In this document: in pieces, positions 1 through 14,900 of the stretch
Layout of the letters: each line of letters opens with the position of its first letter
How positions within the stretch are numbered: the stretch's first letter is position 1
Origin: Nageia nagi
Lineage: Eukaryota > Plantae > Pinophyta
Length of the DNA: 64,000 nucleotides
Assembly (NCBI GenBank): GCA_050084985.1
Contig: JBITNC010000001.1
Location: forward strand, 160,456,001-160,520,000
Reading direction: 5' to 3'
Translations under genes and position numbers: made by a program
Notes under the pieces: generated by a model
What the model was told of the DNA's origin: nothing
Database searches by the model: none
The model's input: the letters and a program-made list of their open reading frames with translations, nothing else

Positions 1-410
1 CCTAACAGTATAACCTTTATATGTAAACTACTTAGGAACCAAACCTAATATCATAACCTTTATATGTGTTCTACTTGCACCAACCATGTAGGTCTAGTGA
101 ATTAGGGTTATAAGTAATTTGATATCTTGAGTGACTCTTATAGATAATTGTTTAAAAAAATGCATGATGCAAATACAATTTTATGAATTCTAATGGTGGC
201 AAGATATCCATAAAATAGATTTTTTGAAAAGTATTTATAGACTTTTAGATCGATACAATTATTAGATATAAAGCCAAAATCTTCCTTGAAAAACATATTA
301 TGGTTGTGACAACCTTAATATACATGTATTCAAAATGTGGAATAATCAAGAAGAAACTTAAATGTAGTTGGATTGAAGTTGACAAAAGGATACAAGCATT
401 TTGTGTATGA
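1..410 (+). pseudogene. Decayed PLS-class PPR / E+ fragments
   Basis: KPNIITFICVLLA.NHVGLVN*GYK*FD; KMHDANTIL*ILMVARYP*NRFFEK; LIYMYSKCGII; IKKKLKCSWIEVDKRIQAFCV. Confidence 0.75.
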
Positions 411-1757
411 TATAACCTCTAAGATAACAATCTTAAATGTAAGTAAGATATTCTCCATTTTATATTAAAATCAAACTAATTTCATACTAATCTTATCATT
501 GGTAACCTAGTACTAATGGAAGTAGAGAAAGAACTTTATCTCCTTCTTGAACTCTTTGAAGAAATTATTGATAAGTGTGTTTACTTCATCAATTTTCTGT
601 ATGGCATGCATAAGTTACCCCAAGTTGAAGAAAATTATACCATGCACTTGTTTGAAATGCACATGTGTTCAAATATTTTTAAGACAATGTCTATGTACAT
701 GCTATAAACAGAGTAGTTACTTGCAGTTGAAGACCCTTCTATTTCATACATTCAAAAATATTTTATGAATCTATGAACTGAAAAATATTGAAAAAGAATC
801 AAGAATTTTAATTGAACTTCATAACTCAATTTTGATTACTTCTATTTCATCTTTTGCATAATCTATTAGGAAAGTATTCACGTTTCAATTAAGTTGAAGT
901 TATTTACATCAATCATGTAATATATACAACCATTTTTCTATACCCTTTGTCCAATTTTGATGATAAAAAACCCATGCAACTAGCAAACGATACTCTTTAT
1001 CATAAAAAGTAAGCAATATGTGGAGTTGTAACTGCAATTAACAATTAAAAAATTTAGAATCTAATTATTTTCTAAATTGTAGGTATAAAAAAAATTAATA
1101 CTCTACAATTACCTTATATTTGGTAACACTAAATATTGTGTCCATTACAATAATACTATTGTATGATAATTCAACCATCTTCTGCAACATCCAAGGACAT
1201 TGAATTCCAAGAACAAAATATTCAATCTCCTCATTTAGTCAATGATAAAGAAAATAATTCTCTTTTTTTTGTTCATACCATTTATGTACACTTATATGAT
1301 CATTATCATCTTTTTCTATCTTCAATATTTGTATCCTACATTGTAAATTTATCAATCTTTTCTCATGAAACATATATCTGTACCTATGAGTAGGTCACAA
1401 AAATAAGCCTTCAAGTACTACCCATCAAATATTCTATCAATAGATACATCTACAATTAACAATATCTCAATATGATATAGCAATTATAATGATAAATATG
1501 GAATAAGCTCTGACTTCCCCTCTTTTAATGGGTAATTTATACTATGAAAAGGAATGCCATTCAAATCCCCATGATTAAAACTATTATATACTACGAATGC
1601 AACTTCAAGTTTGCATTCATATACATGTACAAGAAAATGATACCTACATCATCTCTATTAGATAAAATACCTCTTTCTTTTTGGTGGAGGAGGGACTTTC
1701 CTATTATCTTCATGACGATATGAGCACCAATACATGAAATTACATACTATGTATATG

Positions 1758-1764
1758 TATATAT

Positions 1765-1801
<37 letters not shown>
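1758..1801. repeat. Interrupted (TA)n microsatellite (others at 31218-31242 and 57938-57969)
   Basis: TA runs. Confidence 0.95.
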
Positions 1802-2332
1802 TTCTATTTCTTTTCCTTTAAACATTGAAAAAATAAAATTTAGAACAATAAACAACACTTACATTAGTGATGTTCGTAATACATGTACATTTGGTGGATT
1901 CGCATAATTATTTATTCTTTGTCATATGATTTGGTCATGGATTATTTCTTCACCTTTTATAAAGTATTTCAATTTAAAAAGAAGTACAGCTGCCACCTTA
2001 TCTATATTATTACTTATAGTAGCATAGACCTCACTCCATGATAAGTGAATGAGAGAAAATTAAAACCCCTATCCCATGCATTTACTAGGAAGGCACTCTA
2101 AATTTCTTTTCTACCTTCTTACCCTTTACCATTTCACCTCAACATCTAGAATAAATACACAATAAATAGATGAAAAAAGTAATTTTTTCATGTAATAGAA
2201 TGAAATATTACTAATATAAATTGAAAAAACATAAATCAATAGAATAAAAAAGGAAGTTTTTAATATAAATTTCTATGGTATGTATCATGAAATTAATATT
2301 AGATACAAATTGATATTCTCTCTCAATTAACT

Positions 2333-2780
2333 AAGGGATTTTGATGAAAGATAGAAGAATCAAGAAGACACCTAGATTTAGTTGGAGTAGAGTTTACAAA
2401 AGGGTACATATTTTTCTTTTAGGAGACAAATCACACTAACAAACATAGGAGATGTATGGAAAATTGGATAAATAATTGACTGAGATGAAGGCATCAGGGT
2501 ACATTCCAAATACAATATTTGCATTGCATGATGTGGAGGCTAATGATAAAGAATTACTTCTCTACTAGCATTTTAAAATGTTAGAAAGTGCATTTAGGAT
2601 TTTAAAGACTCCCCCTAGAAATACAATGATTGGATACAACAAGGAAATCTTTGATTTGAGGAAGTACTTTTGAACCAACCCTACTAGTATAACCTTCATA
2701 TGTGTTTTACTCACATGTAGCCATTCATGTATAATAGAATAGGGATGTTAATACTTTAATAGCATGAGTGAATATTACAA
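2333..2780 (+). pseudogene. Decayed PPR E+/DYW N-terminal half followed out of order by a PPR motif
   Basis: MKDRRIKKTPRFSWSRVYKRVHIFLLGDKSH*QT*EMYGKLDK*LTEMKASGYIPNTIFALHDVE..ELLLY*HFKMLESAFRILKTPP, then NPTSITFICVLLTCSHSCIIE*GC*YFNSMSEYY. Confidence 0.85.
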
Positions 2781-3045
2781 CATTATTCTTGGGTTTACTA
2801 CTAAGTAAACATCAGACATTTACTACTAAATAAATCATATAACCAAGTTATAAACTCTAGGCTTAACAATTACTATAAAAACATGTTGAGCATTGATTGT
2901 AAAAATATGGTTAGCATTTACTAGAAAAACATATTTGGCATTTACTGTAGAAGGATATAAACAACAAGAATTTACTTCAAAAATATGTAAGGAATTTATA
3001 TAGGATATAAATGGCTAGCATGTATTGTGCAAATACAATTATATA

Positions 3046-4028
3046 TTACCATTTAGATAATAATTTATACTTAATACATTATTGCATTAATTTTAAGGTT
3101 GTTATCATTTTCCACAATTAAAATATTGAATTAATTTTAAGGTTTTTATCATTTCACATATTTGTACTTGCAGTGATGTTAATTTTAACATTGTTAGCAT
3201 TTAACATTCTTACAACAATAACTATTACAATAATGTTCATTAAAAATGCAACCATAAGATCATCATGAAATAAGTTATAACATGCTAAACACATAACATT
3301 GCATTAATTTTAAATAGAATTTACAAAGGTTGAGCCACATGCCATACAAGTCTCTATCCATCTATGCTACAAATGATGACTTCAACAAATGCATAACGAG
3401 AGGGCTTCTTAGTCTTCAATTGGCATATATCAACAAATAGAATACAAATATCACTTGCCATATAATAACCAAATATAAAAAATTAAAGACTTAGCATTTA
3501 AATCAATGTGCAAAAAAAAAATGCTTTCTTGCAATAACCTCTTGGTAATTATATTAGTGTGTGAAAACAAAATTCTTGCAATAAATACTTAGTGCTTATA
3601 TTAGTGTGTAAAACAAAATAAAAATGTATTGATGTAATAAACACTTGGTATTTATATCACTATATTAAAAATATATATAATTAATCTTACCATTTAGATA
3701 ACAATTTATATTTAATACATTATTAAATTACTATTAAGGTTGCTATCATTTCCGACAATTGTAATATTACATTAATTTTAAGGTTTTTATCATTTCATAC
3801 ATTGGTAATTTCATTGATGTTCATTTTAATGTTATTAGCATGTAACATTCTTACCATAGTAACTATTACTATAATGTTCATAAAAATGCAACCATAAGAT
3901 CATCATGAAACAAGTCATGTAACATGTTAAACACATTACATTGCATTGATTTTAAATTGTCTTTACAAAGGATGAGCCATATGCCATCTAGATCTTTATC
4001 CATATATGATACAAAGAATGACTTCAAT
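3046..4028 (+). repeat. ~640-bp tandem duplication (copy 1 3046-3686; copy 2 3687-4028, resuming at 9326)
   Basis: Colinear match starting TTACCATTTAGATAA at 3046 and 3687; the tail of copy 1 (~3385-3660) matches 9326-9660. Confidence 0.8.
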
Positions 4029-4072
4029 TGTTATGCTACTACCTTATTCTTGACTTCTAAAAACCCTAAAAA

Positions 4073-4217
<145 letters not shown>

Positions 4218-6869
4218 TTAATGCTCAAATGATCTATGAATGGACAAGGTGATCCATATGAGTATATCAATGCTACTAGCTAGTTAATACTCACATGGAA
4301 AGATTGGCCAAATTTAGATTAACTAATCTTGATCATAATCTTTTTGTTTTTCATCTCAACATTCATCATGTTGGAAGATACTAGATAAGTGACCCCACCA
4401 TTTCTATTCATGGTGTAGTGGTTTCCTACTCGAGGCCCATATCATCGAAGAGAACACATTTCCATAGAGGTTATGCATTTTTCAATGTATCCCTATGATT
4501 CATAGGTGCAGATAGATTATCCCAGGTGATATTCCATATGAAATGGGTAAGCATCATCACCTATAGAACATTCATCATACTCTTACTTGTTATCTATAGG
4601 TAGTATGACTACTAGTTACCCTCACCTAGTAACTACAATTTTATCGACTATTATCCTCATCTAATGAACTATCAATGATATGTGACACTAGCCTGATCAT
4701 ATCTATTAGGTAGACTCACCATAGAGTCTAGTATCCCCATTCCCATATCTTGGGAAGCCATGGGTATTGGAATCATAGTGTTAAGTGCTTTGTATAGTCT
4801 AATAAATTTTTAAGTAAGAATCCAATATTCCAAGAAATAATTGATCCTAGATCAATTATTAGTTTTTCTAGGTTTCATGCTTGAATCAAGCATTAGGATG
4901 TTTTCTCTAATCTAATTTATTGGAAACAAACCAACTTTTACACTTTAAAAATATGTTTGTTAAACAAAATAATGAATTTATCAAGCATGTGCAAGAAGTT
5001 TCAAACAAACTTGTTCAGGAAGCCACTACATAATATTCAATAATAATTTCCTATAATTGTCCCACATGCACAATGTGGCACAAAAAATATTACTTTAAAT
5101 GTACATCACATGCTAGAGTAATAACAACAAGCCTTGAGTTAACACTAAAGTTCGATACTCCTAGCAAGGAAGTATGATGTAGAGTGTTTCATACTCAAGG
5201 AATATTCTTTTTGCATGTCATTTAGTGAACTCATAATAACAATTTTTACCTTTTGTATATTTTTTCCTATTGTTAGTCGATCCATAAATTATTATAAACT
5301 TTTTATTATAATAAGATTGAAATCTACATTACTCATTCATTTAACTTCTAGGGTTTTATCAACTAATTAGGGATTTCATTAAAGATCATCTAAAAAAACT
5401 ATTGTTTTATTTTAGATTGAGATAGGTATCGAGACTTCATCATTCTAGTTTCATTACTTCAAGTAACCATTCAATAATTTTGAAGGGTGCACAACACCTT
5501 TCCTTATTTATGTTTATTTCCATTAGAAGACATTCATTGTTTCCTAACCCTTAGTTAATATCTGATCTAATCATGGATTACAAAAGATTCCATATTTCAT
5601 TATAATAAATTTAGGATACTTGTAATATTTATTCTATATTATCAAGTAATTAACATCATATAGGCATATTAGCGATCCTGTTCCATTACTTTCCCAAGAT
5701 ATCATTAATAATTGTACATCTCATTTAAAGGATATATTCAAGAATATAGCATAGGTTTAAATAGATCAATCTAAATTTTGAATTATCACAATAAGTTACT
5801 TAAGGATATTATGTTATCCTCTTGGTACCTATATTTTCATTTAGGTACATCCATTTGCAAATGCCTATACAATAATGGGTAATGTTATCATCTCATATCA
5901 TGACTTGTTACATGATGGTATTTATCTACAATATGTTAGGGTAACCCTATCCATACATTAAAATGTATTAAACATTTAATTACATGAGGATTTCTTAATA
6001 TTAATCAAAAATTATTTGCATCATAGACTTGTCAAGATTAGATCTAGGAGTCTTCAATACATCTTCATCCTTTTGGTGTAGTTATTTGCTCTCTTAATCA
6101 TTCATGCTCTTCCAAGAATGCAAGGTTCATCATTGATAGAGACTAAGAAAGCCCTTTGAGTATTAAAGTTTTTTATTTTTAAAATTGCATCTTAATCTAA
6201 ATGCATCATATTTCAACAACTCAAATACCCTTTTTGATGGACCATGAGATGTTTTATGTTCCCTCTGTAATGACCTCCCTTCCTTGGCTTTATGGTAACA
6301 TTACAACTTAGTCATATCATTTATTCCATATGCATCAAATATTCTTAAAAAAATATTTATTACATCAATCACGTGTATTATTATTCCAAAAGGTTTATCC
6401 TCAAAATAGATTCTAATAATCAAGTAGCATAGTTTTTCCTAAAATATCACTATAATAATATTCTCCCTCAAAATAGGACCATTTATCAATTAAATGGTTT
6501 TACTTAATAATACATTAAATATATCATGGTTTTCCCATAAAACTATAATATAATCATATATTAATTATAAGCATTTATTATAAATTCATCTTGTAAATCC
6601 TTTTTAATTTAATATAAATTTATAGAGTCTCTATAAATTCATATTCCAATAATTTATTATGAATCTTCATACAGTTAATTCAATCATATATATTTTAACC
6701 AACAAGATTGATTATAATTTATAATTTCAATTTCAAATATAATATAAATGTTATTTAAAATATTTTATTTGAGATCCGTGTACATTTCATGCTAGTTTTA
6801 AATTGGGCATCCTTAATACAAAGATTACAGGGTATGCAATCGATATGTTAAAAGATACTATGCATTTTT

Positions 6870-7850
6870 TTATAAAATGCTTCACCAAAATGCAATATAA
6901 TGATAACAAGATATACACAAAATGGATACATTATAAGGGGCCACCAAATTATTTTTCAAATGCCTCATCGAAATGCAACCTCATGGATCTCAATGAACAC
7001 AAGATATGCATAAAACTGATGCATTGAAAGGAGCCTACAAATTGTTTGACATAAGCCTCATCAAAATGCAATCTCATGGGATGCAATGACCATAGTATAT
7101 ACACAAAATGGATATGATGGAAAGGTATGTGGTTTATTGAACATAATACCTCATCAAAATGCATTCAAATGGAATGTAATGTTCATAGAATATGCACAAA
7201 ATGGGTACATTAAAAAGGCCTACAAATTGTTTATCAGATGCCTCATAGAAATGTGATGCAATGATCATAACATATGCATAGAATTGATACATTAAAAGGG
7301 CCTACAAATTATTTTCAAAATGCCCCATTGAAATGCAATCTCATGGACTACAATGATCATGTGATATGAACAAAACTTATACATTAACAGGGCCTACAAA
7401 TTATTTGTCAAATGCCCCATCGACATGCAGTATCATGGACCATAATGATCATAGGATATGCATAAAAATGATACAATGAAAGGGCCTATGATTTGTTTTC
7501 CAAATGCCCCATCAAAATGTAGTCTCATGGTCATAGACTATACACAAAATGGAAATGTTTAAAGGGCCTACAAAATGTTTACCAAATGCCCTATTGAAAT
7601 ACCTTTTCATGGGAAGAGTTAGTGAAGAATAAGTATAGAGTGAATACACCATACAAATATGTAAATCACTTAAACAAAATGCCTCATTTAAATGCCATAT
7701 CATGGGCACAATAGGTGGAAAATATGCATTAGATGAGTATGCTATAAAGGCTTGCGAATAGCTAGAAACAATGCCTCCCTAAAATGCCATCGTATGGGTG
7801 TAGTATGCATAACAAAGGTTTCGTTATAAGGGCCTTGAAGTGAAGGAAAA
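6870..7850 (+). repeat. Tandem array, ~92-bp unit, about 10-11 copies
   Basis: Anchor motif (AAATG)CC(T/C)CAT recurs at 6963, 7056, 7149, 7241, 7323, 7415, 7507, 7589, 7682, 7774. Confidence 0.9.
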
Positions 7851-9469
7851 TATAGTGAATGAAACAAGTATTATCTACCAAGAGTATGGAGAATAATTAT
7901 GACCTAGAGTAGCTATGGATTCAAAAATATTTCTCCCATGACCTCTAGGAATGCATTACTACATGGTGTGGTGTAGTCATTAATTAGTCACATATAAATA
8001 TTTTTTAATTTGGCATGTAACATAAGTTATTACCTATGACTTCCCATACCAAGAAAATAAATAATTTAAAATGAATGGTTTTCCCCTCTTCAACTATAAA
8101 TAGACAAGGTGTACCTTATATTCATGTACAATATTGTGCAATAATACAAACATTAATCTTTTCAATAGTACTACTCATGTAAGGCTATTTAATAGTAAGA
8201 ATTCTTACTTAATATTTCATACACTTAAATAAGCTATCCATTCTTCAAAAAGATTTAGAAATTAGAAAGGTACTTTATAATTTAACATTCCTAAAAATAA
8301 AACTCAAAGACCTTGACTATGCATTTCAGCTCTAGAGACTCACATGTTAGAAAAACACTTGGTATATAAATTTGAATAATGGAGAAAATGTGAACTCCTT
8401 GCTCCATGGGACCTAAAGCATATTAGAGTGAGATATGTTTCTTTTTCCTTAGGTTCTCAAGTATTTATAGCTAAAGGTTGCTATAATATATCCAAGGTTT
8501 GTACCTATTCATCCCACTCATATATTTTTATTTGGAAGGTGTAGCAGTTTTATTTTTTTGTTTTACATCTTTGACAATTTTCTTTATAAGTGTTATATCC
8601 TATAAAATATTTTTAACACTTCATATTAGGCTACAAAATATTTCCAATAATTTCATACATCTAACATAAGAAAATAAGTTGTGTGCGGGTTACTTCTCTA
8701 TTATTTTTGCAAAACCCCAAAATAATCTTGCAACCTCCATAAAAGGAAAAATAATCCTCTAACCCTTGAATTTTTAGTTTTTACCTAAATCTACTAAAAT
8801 TCCTTGGTGAAATTTCAAATTTAAATAATTGGAATATTTCTTGCTTCATTAAAAAATAGTCAATTAATTTCCTAAGCAATTTCTAAAATGCACAACATAT
8901 TTTTAACACTCATATTTACCTACAGAGACCACTCATCCTACAAGGTAAATTTGTTAGTGCACACACATAAGCACTAGAGACAACATCAAAATCAAATATT
9001 ATATGCAATAATTGTGATATGCATCTATATGATCTACAAAGGTCATTATGGCTATTAGTAAATCAACACCAATCATTTCTTCACTCTTACCAATATGTTC
9101 CTGTAACTAGATCATCCTTGGTTCCTTAGGGTCATCAACCTGATTCCCCATCTTGAGTCAACTTGTAATGTGTGTCATAAAATCTCAAATCCATCACTAA
9201 ATTGATACAAATAATGCATATATCCATTCACAATTAATCATCTCATAATACAAATAGACTTAATCACATTCAAATTCTTAAAAGCATTCAAGTCTTAATC
9301 GGTGCAAATTGGGTGTGTCATTACATTAAGAAATACCTAATAAAAGGGTTTCTCAGTCTACAATGAGCATAAATGAAAAAATAAAATGCTAATATCACTT
9401 ACAAATATAAAAAAGTAAATATTATCAAAAATTAAAGACTTGGAATTCAAATCAATGTGTAAAAAAATG

Positions 9470-9750
9470 CATTCTTGTAATAAACACTTGGTGTTTATAT
9501 CAGTGTAAAAAATTATTCTTGCAATAAACACTTGCTGTTTATATCAATGTAAAAAAATATTCTTGCAATAAACATTTGGTGTTTATATCAGTGTGTAAAA
9601 TAAAAAAAAACATCCTTACAAGAAACACTTATTGTTCATACTGCTATGTTAAGATATATATTCTTACAATAAATACCAGGTGTTTATATCATCATGTAAA
9701 ATAGAAAAAGCATTCTTTCAATAAATGCCAAGTGTTTATATCATTGTGTA
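9470..9750. repeat. ~43-50-bp tandem repeats containing the decayed palindrome TAAACGCCWGGCGTTTA (also 3530-3660; related units 2800-3020)
   Basis: taaacacttggtgttta, taaataccaggtgttta, taaatgccaagtgttta and others. Confidence 0.8.
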
Positions 9751-9794
9751 AAGAAAAAAATATACTTATTATTGATATTATTAGCTACATGCTA

Positions 9795-9960
9795 CCTTGA
9801 TTCCTCATTTTTTAATCAATATCCTTACTCTTTGTAGAAAAATCATCCCAACTACCCACTTTAGCATACATATTTGAAACAACATAAGATGAAGTATTTT
9901 TAGGTTCCAACAAACAAAGGATTATTGCCATAAATTCCTCTATTGCTACACTCTTATATT
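9795..9960 (-). pseudogene. Decayed PPR E-motif fragment, inverted
   Basis: Minus strand, across a frameshift: LLEPKNTSSYVL.SNMYAKVGSWDD..QRVRILIKK*GIK. Confidence 0.7.
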
Positions 9961-9998
9961 ATATGTTAACAAAAAGAAAACATATCTTCCATTCAGAT

Positions 9999-10995
9999 CA
10001 AAGAGTTAGGATATTGATTAAAAAATAAGGAATGAAGGAGACACCTAGATGTAGTGTGCATATGTATGCTTAGTTCTTGTAGATCACATAAGAATATTAG
10101 AAGAAAGTACATGGACATCAATCAAATAGTAGTGGATAATGCAAACATAGTTTCATGGATTTCAGTGATAGATAGGTATGCATAAAATGATATAAAGTTT
10201 TCCCTTAAACTCTTTGATATGATTAAGCACTTATGAACCAAACCTAACGACATAACCTTTGTATGTGTTCTACTTACAACCAACCAAAAGACATGTACAA
10301 GTTACAAAAATTGCCAAAAAAATTCAACTAGCATGGATATAGAACTTCCTTTTTATTCAATCAAGTAAATTATTGATTTTTTATGGTTATGAGTGCCTTG
10401 GTAGCCATGAATGCAAAATGTGGAAGAATACACAATACCCAATAATTATTTTACAAGATGCATGATGAAGATACAATTTCATATTGTGTTCTTCTTTCAA
10501 ATATTTATGCTGAAGTGGGTAGCTAGGATGATGTTGAAAAAATAAAGACATTAATTTAAAATAAAGGATTCAAGAAGATACTTTGATGTAGTTGTATCAA
10601 AGTTGACTAAAGATACACACTTTTCTTGTATGAGACACATTAAAAAATTAATATTATAAAAAAATAGCTAGATATGTACAATTTGTAGATGCAATTTTAT
10701 GGACTACAATGATAGTAGGATATGCACAAAATAGATTTTCCAAAAAGGCTCTAGAGACTTTTAGGTTGATACAATTATGAGTGTAAAACTAAACTTCGTA
10801 ACATTTTCCAACTCTATTCCACTATGTGCCATAATGGACTCCTAAAAGAAGGTATGGAAAACCATCAAAGATTACTTGAAAATGGTTTTTCATCAAATAT
10901 TATGATTATGATCACCTTAATAGAGATGTATTCAAAATGTGGGGTAATCAAAAGGCTACAATAAGGTTTCCCTTAAACTCTTTGCTATGATTTAG
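9999..10995 (+). pseudogene. Mosaic of decayed PPR/E/E+ fragments
   Basis: QRVRILIKK*GMKETPRCS; SSCRSHKNI; NIVSWISVI..YA*ND..LKLFDMIKHL*TKPNDITFVCVLL; SALVAMNAKCGRI; VLLSNIYAEVGS*DDVEKI; LIEMYSKCGVI. Confidence 0.8.
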
Positions 10996-12768
10996 TTGGA
11001 TTAAATTTGATAGTATGGGAGATATGAATAGTAGTAGCAAAATAGATTACAATCACCCAACATTGAAAAAAGTGTAAAAGGAAGATACTCACTTCAAGGA
11101 TTCTAATTTCTTGATATACTTTCTTCTACCTCTATTTTTTCCATCATCATGTAAATAAAAAGAATAAGAATTCAATGTCTCCTATTTTTATCATAAGGTA
11201 TCCAATAAACTAAAACAAAAACACTTGTAATAAAAAAATGATAAAATGAAATAAAAAGATACTCACTTTAACTCCTCATATTTTAATTTTCTAGTGGTAT
11301 TTCTTTTCCCTTTGGTTTTTTCAACACATGTTTGATCTTTCTTCCATTCCATTTTTCCTCTACATTCATCCCTACTGGGGATATAAATATGCAACTATAT
11401 CCCTCATGTTCAATAAGTGTCTCTATTTTGGTATTTGAAGCATGTCTATTTGGTTGTATTTTTTTGTTTAAAACTAGTATTTCCCATATACATTGAATAA
11501 ATGAATCATATCCTATCTTTATGAAATAAATTTTCATTTGCTCTCATACTTTTTGAGATATTTCCTCATTATTAAGGAGGCTTTGCATGAAATCATCTAA
11601 TCACTTGGATGTCAAATATTCAATGATGTACTCTTTATATATTTCTTTCTTTGTGAATTTAAGTACATCATTCTGAAAGAAATCTATCTTCTTATAAAAT
11701 CGCAATATGAATGTTTTTTTGTTATCTTCCTACAATCTTGATCAATTAGTATCAATTATATAATAAGCCTAATTTTCAACCTTGAGAATAAAAAAAAGTT
11801 GATCCCAAGTAATTTTATAAGCAATTGCATCGCTTGTTGAAACAATCTCTACTACAATATCTATAGATGCATAAAAATGATTTATTATTTATTTAATAAA
11901 TCATATTTAGACTTCCTAAATGATTTAATATAATATTATATATGTCAAGATAAAGTTGATATTACAATGCAATACCATGTGTTATATTAAATGCTATATC
12001 ATTTATTATGATTTATATTTTAAAGTATCTTTAATATAATAAAATTTATATTATTTCTAGAGGTAAACCTTCATTCCTTTTTATGTCCTTCTAGGCTACA
12101 TATGTGAGTGGAATAGGTAGACCTCCATAGATCCGAACTCTTTAATATGATAAGAACTATGATAGGTGTTTGTTAACCATAATCTTCATCAAGCTACGAT
12201 GTCTTTAGGTGCCACCTATCATGAGAAATTATTATACTTTGAGTTCTAAAATTTGTATCTTTTATGCACAACACAATTTTACATATCCCATGTACCTAAT
12301 AGTGCACTTCTTTTAGGCCGATGATAGCATGCACTTTCTATATTGAGAGTTCCAAATTTTGGTAATCAATCTATTGATTCATGTACATGAAGATCTATTG
12401 TGAACTCACGATGAATTTGATCCCAATCCTCCAAAGATCCATTACTATTTTTTTTTAGGATTATACATACACTTCATATCAGGTGCATGTGTTTCATGTG
12501 TATTTTTGTACTTGATATTGTGTATTATTTTTATATCTTTGAACATTGTAGATCATTTATTTATTATGTATATTCATATGTTTCATAATTTGAGGTCTAC
12601 ATTTCGGTTAATCTGACATTCTTACATGCCTAGATCTTGATCTAGGGCATCCCTTCCATAGCTTCATGAATCCATTTTTATTATTATCTATTTCCTTACA
12701 TGAGGTGCTTAAATAAATAGCTAGAAAAAATAATAAAATTAAGGTTTTTTTCTACCTATGTTTAAAAT

Positions 12769-14900
12769 ATGGATCTAAATGAAGAACAATCTAGGGTTCC
12801 TAGGAGTAAGGCTCATTTTAAGGATATTAGGAGAAGTGTTAGGGTTAACCCTAATTTACCTTTACAAGACCTTGATCCTAATGAATAAATAGATAATGAT
12901 ACTAAATCTACAAGTTGTAGCAAGAATATAGATATTATTGGATAAACTCCTAATAGGCTTAATGTATCCATAGATGACTATCATTTTAAAAATGTAAGTT
13001 TGGTAAGCCATCATGGTACTTTTGATAGTGATGTTGAAATCAATGAGTTAAATAGAATTCCTAATCATATTAGATCAATAAAGGAATTGCTATCTAATAA
13101 AGAAATGTTGGAATATTATAAATATTATTGATATTATAACCGATTATGAGTTATTAGAAGTGGATTCTGTAACTTTGAAATCCTTGGATAGCTTGTTCTC
13201 TTAGGAAAATACAAGTTCTACAAAATGGAAGGTTTCTATTATCAATAAAGACATTGATAACAATGTGCAAGACTATTTGCATGTCACCACCAGCATGGAA
13301 TTCAAGGATATGACTTCATAGAAAAAGGTGGTGACTAATGAGGTTAATGAGGAAAGTGAGGCTAATTCTAAATACTTGGTAACTAAATACAATGATCATC
13401 ATCTAGGTATGCTCCCTAAATGTTCTAATAAGGAAAAAGGTAAGGGTATATTGGTTAATGATGAACATGTAGTATATATTGCTAAATAACTTTCTATTGT
13501 TATTAATAATGCTTATTATCATAATCCTTATGGGTTAAAATAAGAACATGAAATAAAAATTGATGCTCAAGAAGATGATTATTTTCAAAAGGCTAATGAG
13601 GAACAACAACTAGAACTTATGCTAAATTTGGTTGACAAACTTGAACATGAAAAAGTACACAAGTTTGGGCCATTTTTACAACTAAAAGAAGATGAACTAA
13701 AAAAGCAAAAATTAAATAAAACTCCCAATTAAATTAGCACTATACCACCACAAACCCCTCCACCACCCCTAAAGGATAATATACCTAGAGTTAAAAAATG
13801 GCAACCAAAATAAACTTATGTAATATCAAACAATGGAAAAATAGTGAATGAAAGGATTAAGAAATTAGAAAAATTACTTAATGATGATGAATATGTTTTT
13901 TTTATTTTATATAAAACATTCATTGACTGATAGAATTATTTCTAAATTGCTTGTTGGTAAAAAAAGTGTAAAATTTACAAAATTTTATGGTTTATAAGAT
14001 CCAAAAATGCATGTTAGAAAGTTTCTAGAGGAAGTTATAGAATATATTCATGATAAAAATATGCTTGCAAAATTATTTTCAAGTAGTTTGAAATATGATG
14101 CATCAAATGGTATTTAACTCTTCCTAAAAGGAGCATTGATAAATATAAAGATTTGATTTATAAATTCTTAAAAAAATTCATATATAACATTACAAAAATA
14201 GTTCAATTCAAAGATTTGTGTAGAAATAAGCAGTTATGTAATCAATAGTTGTCTAACTTTTAGAAAATATGGAAATAAACTACAAATAAGATTACTATGC
14301 TTGAGCAAGATTTAAAAGACACTTTTGTAAATGCTTTATTACCTAGGTACAAATTATTAGTTATCTCTAACTATGATTTGACATTAGTTAAAATGATAGA
14401 TATTTTGTTTAAAGAGGAAGATTGCATAAAGAAACTTTGTAATATACATTCTAAAAAATCTAAAGTGTATGAAAATAAAGATAAATCTCAAATGTATGAA
14501 AAATAAGCTAAACCTCAGGTATATGAAAACAAACCAAAAGTTGCAACAACCAATGCTAATAGAAGAAATAATAGACCACAAAGGAAGTTTACAAGGCTAA
14601 TGGATACTGTTGATAATATTATCAATGTGTTGTTAAAGGAAGAACTTATTAAGATTCCACCAATAGTTCAACACCACTTTCCTAATGATATTCCTAAGGA
14701 ATATAGGTATGAGAAATTGTGTAATTACCATAGGACACTAAGGCACCTAACAAGAAATTGTAGGGTCTTAGGGAATATAATTTAAGATTTCATTGAAAAG
14801 AAAGTAATTTAGATGGATGATCATACTAAAGTAAAATATGGGCCTATACAACTTGATAATGGAAAATTAGAGATATTTATGAATCCATTACCAAGAATAA
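12769..14900 (+). pseudogene. Retrotransposon gag (Ogre/Tat-type), degenerate
   Basis: KFYGYKDPKMHVRKF..LAKLFSSSLKYDA.KWYLTLPKRSIDKYKDLIYKFLKKFIYNI; CNYHRTLRHLTRNC knuckle; I*DFIE; NPLP. Confidence 0.8.

Noticed and set aside
11000-11800. Minus-strand ORF 11283-11537 with nearby GTGAGT donor-like sites, possibly a spliced transposon gene
   Set aside because: No motif I can recognise; too decayed to call.
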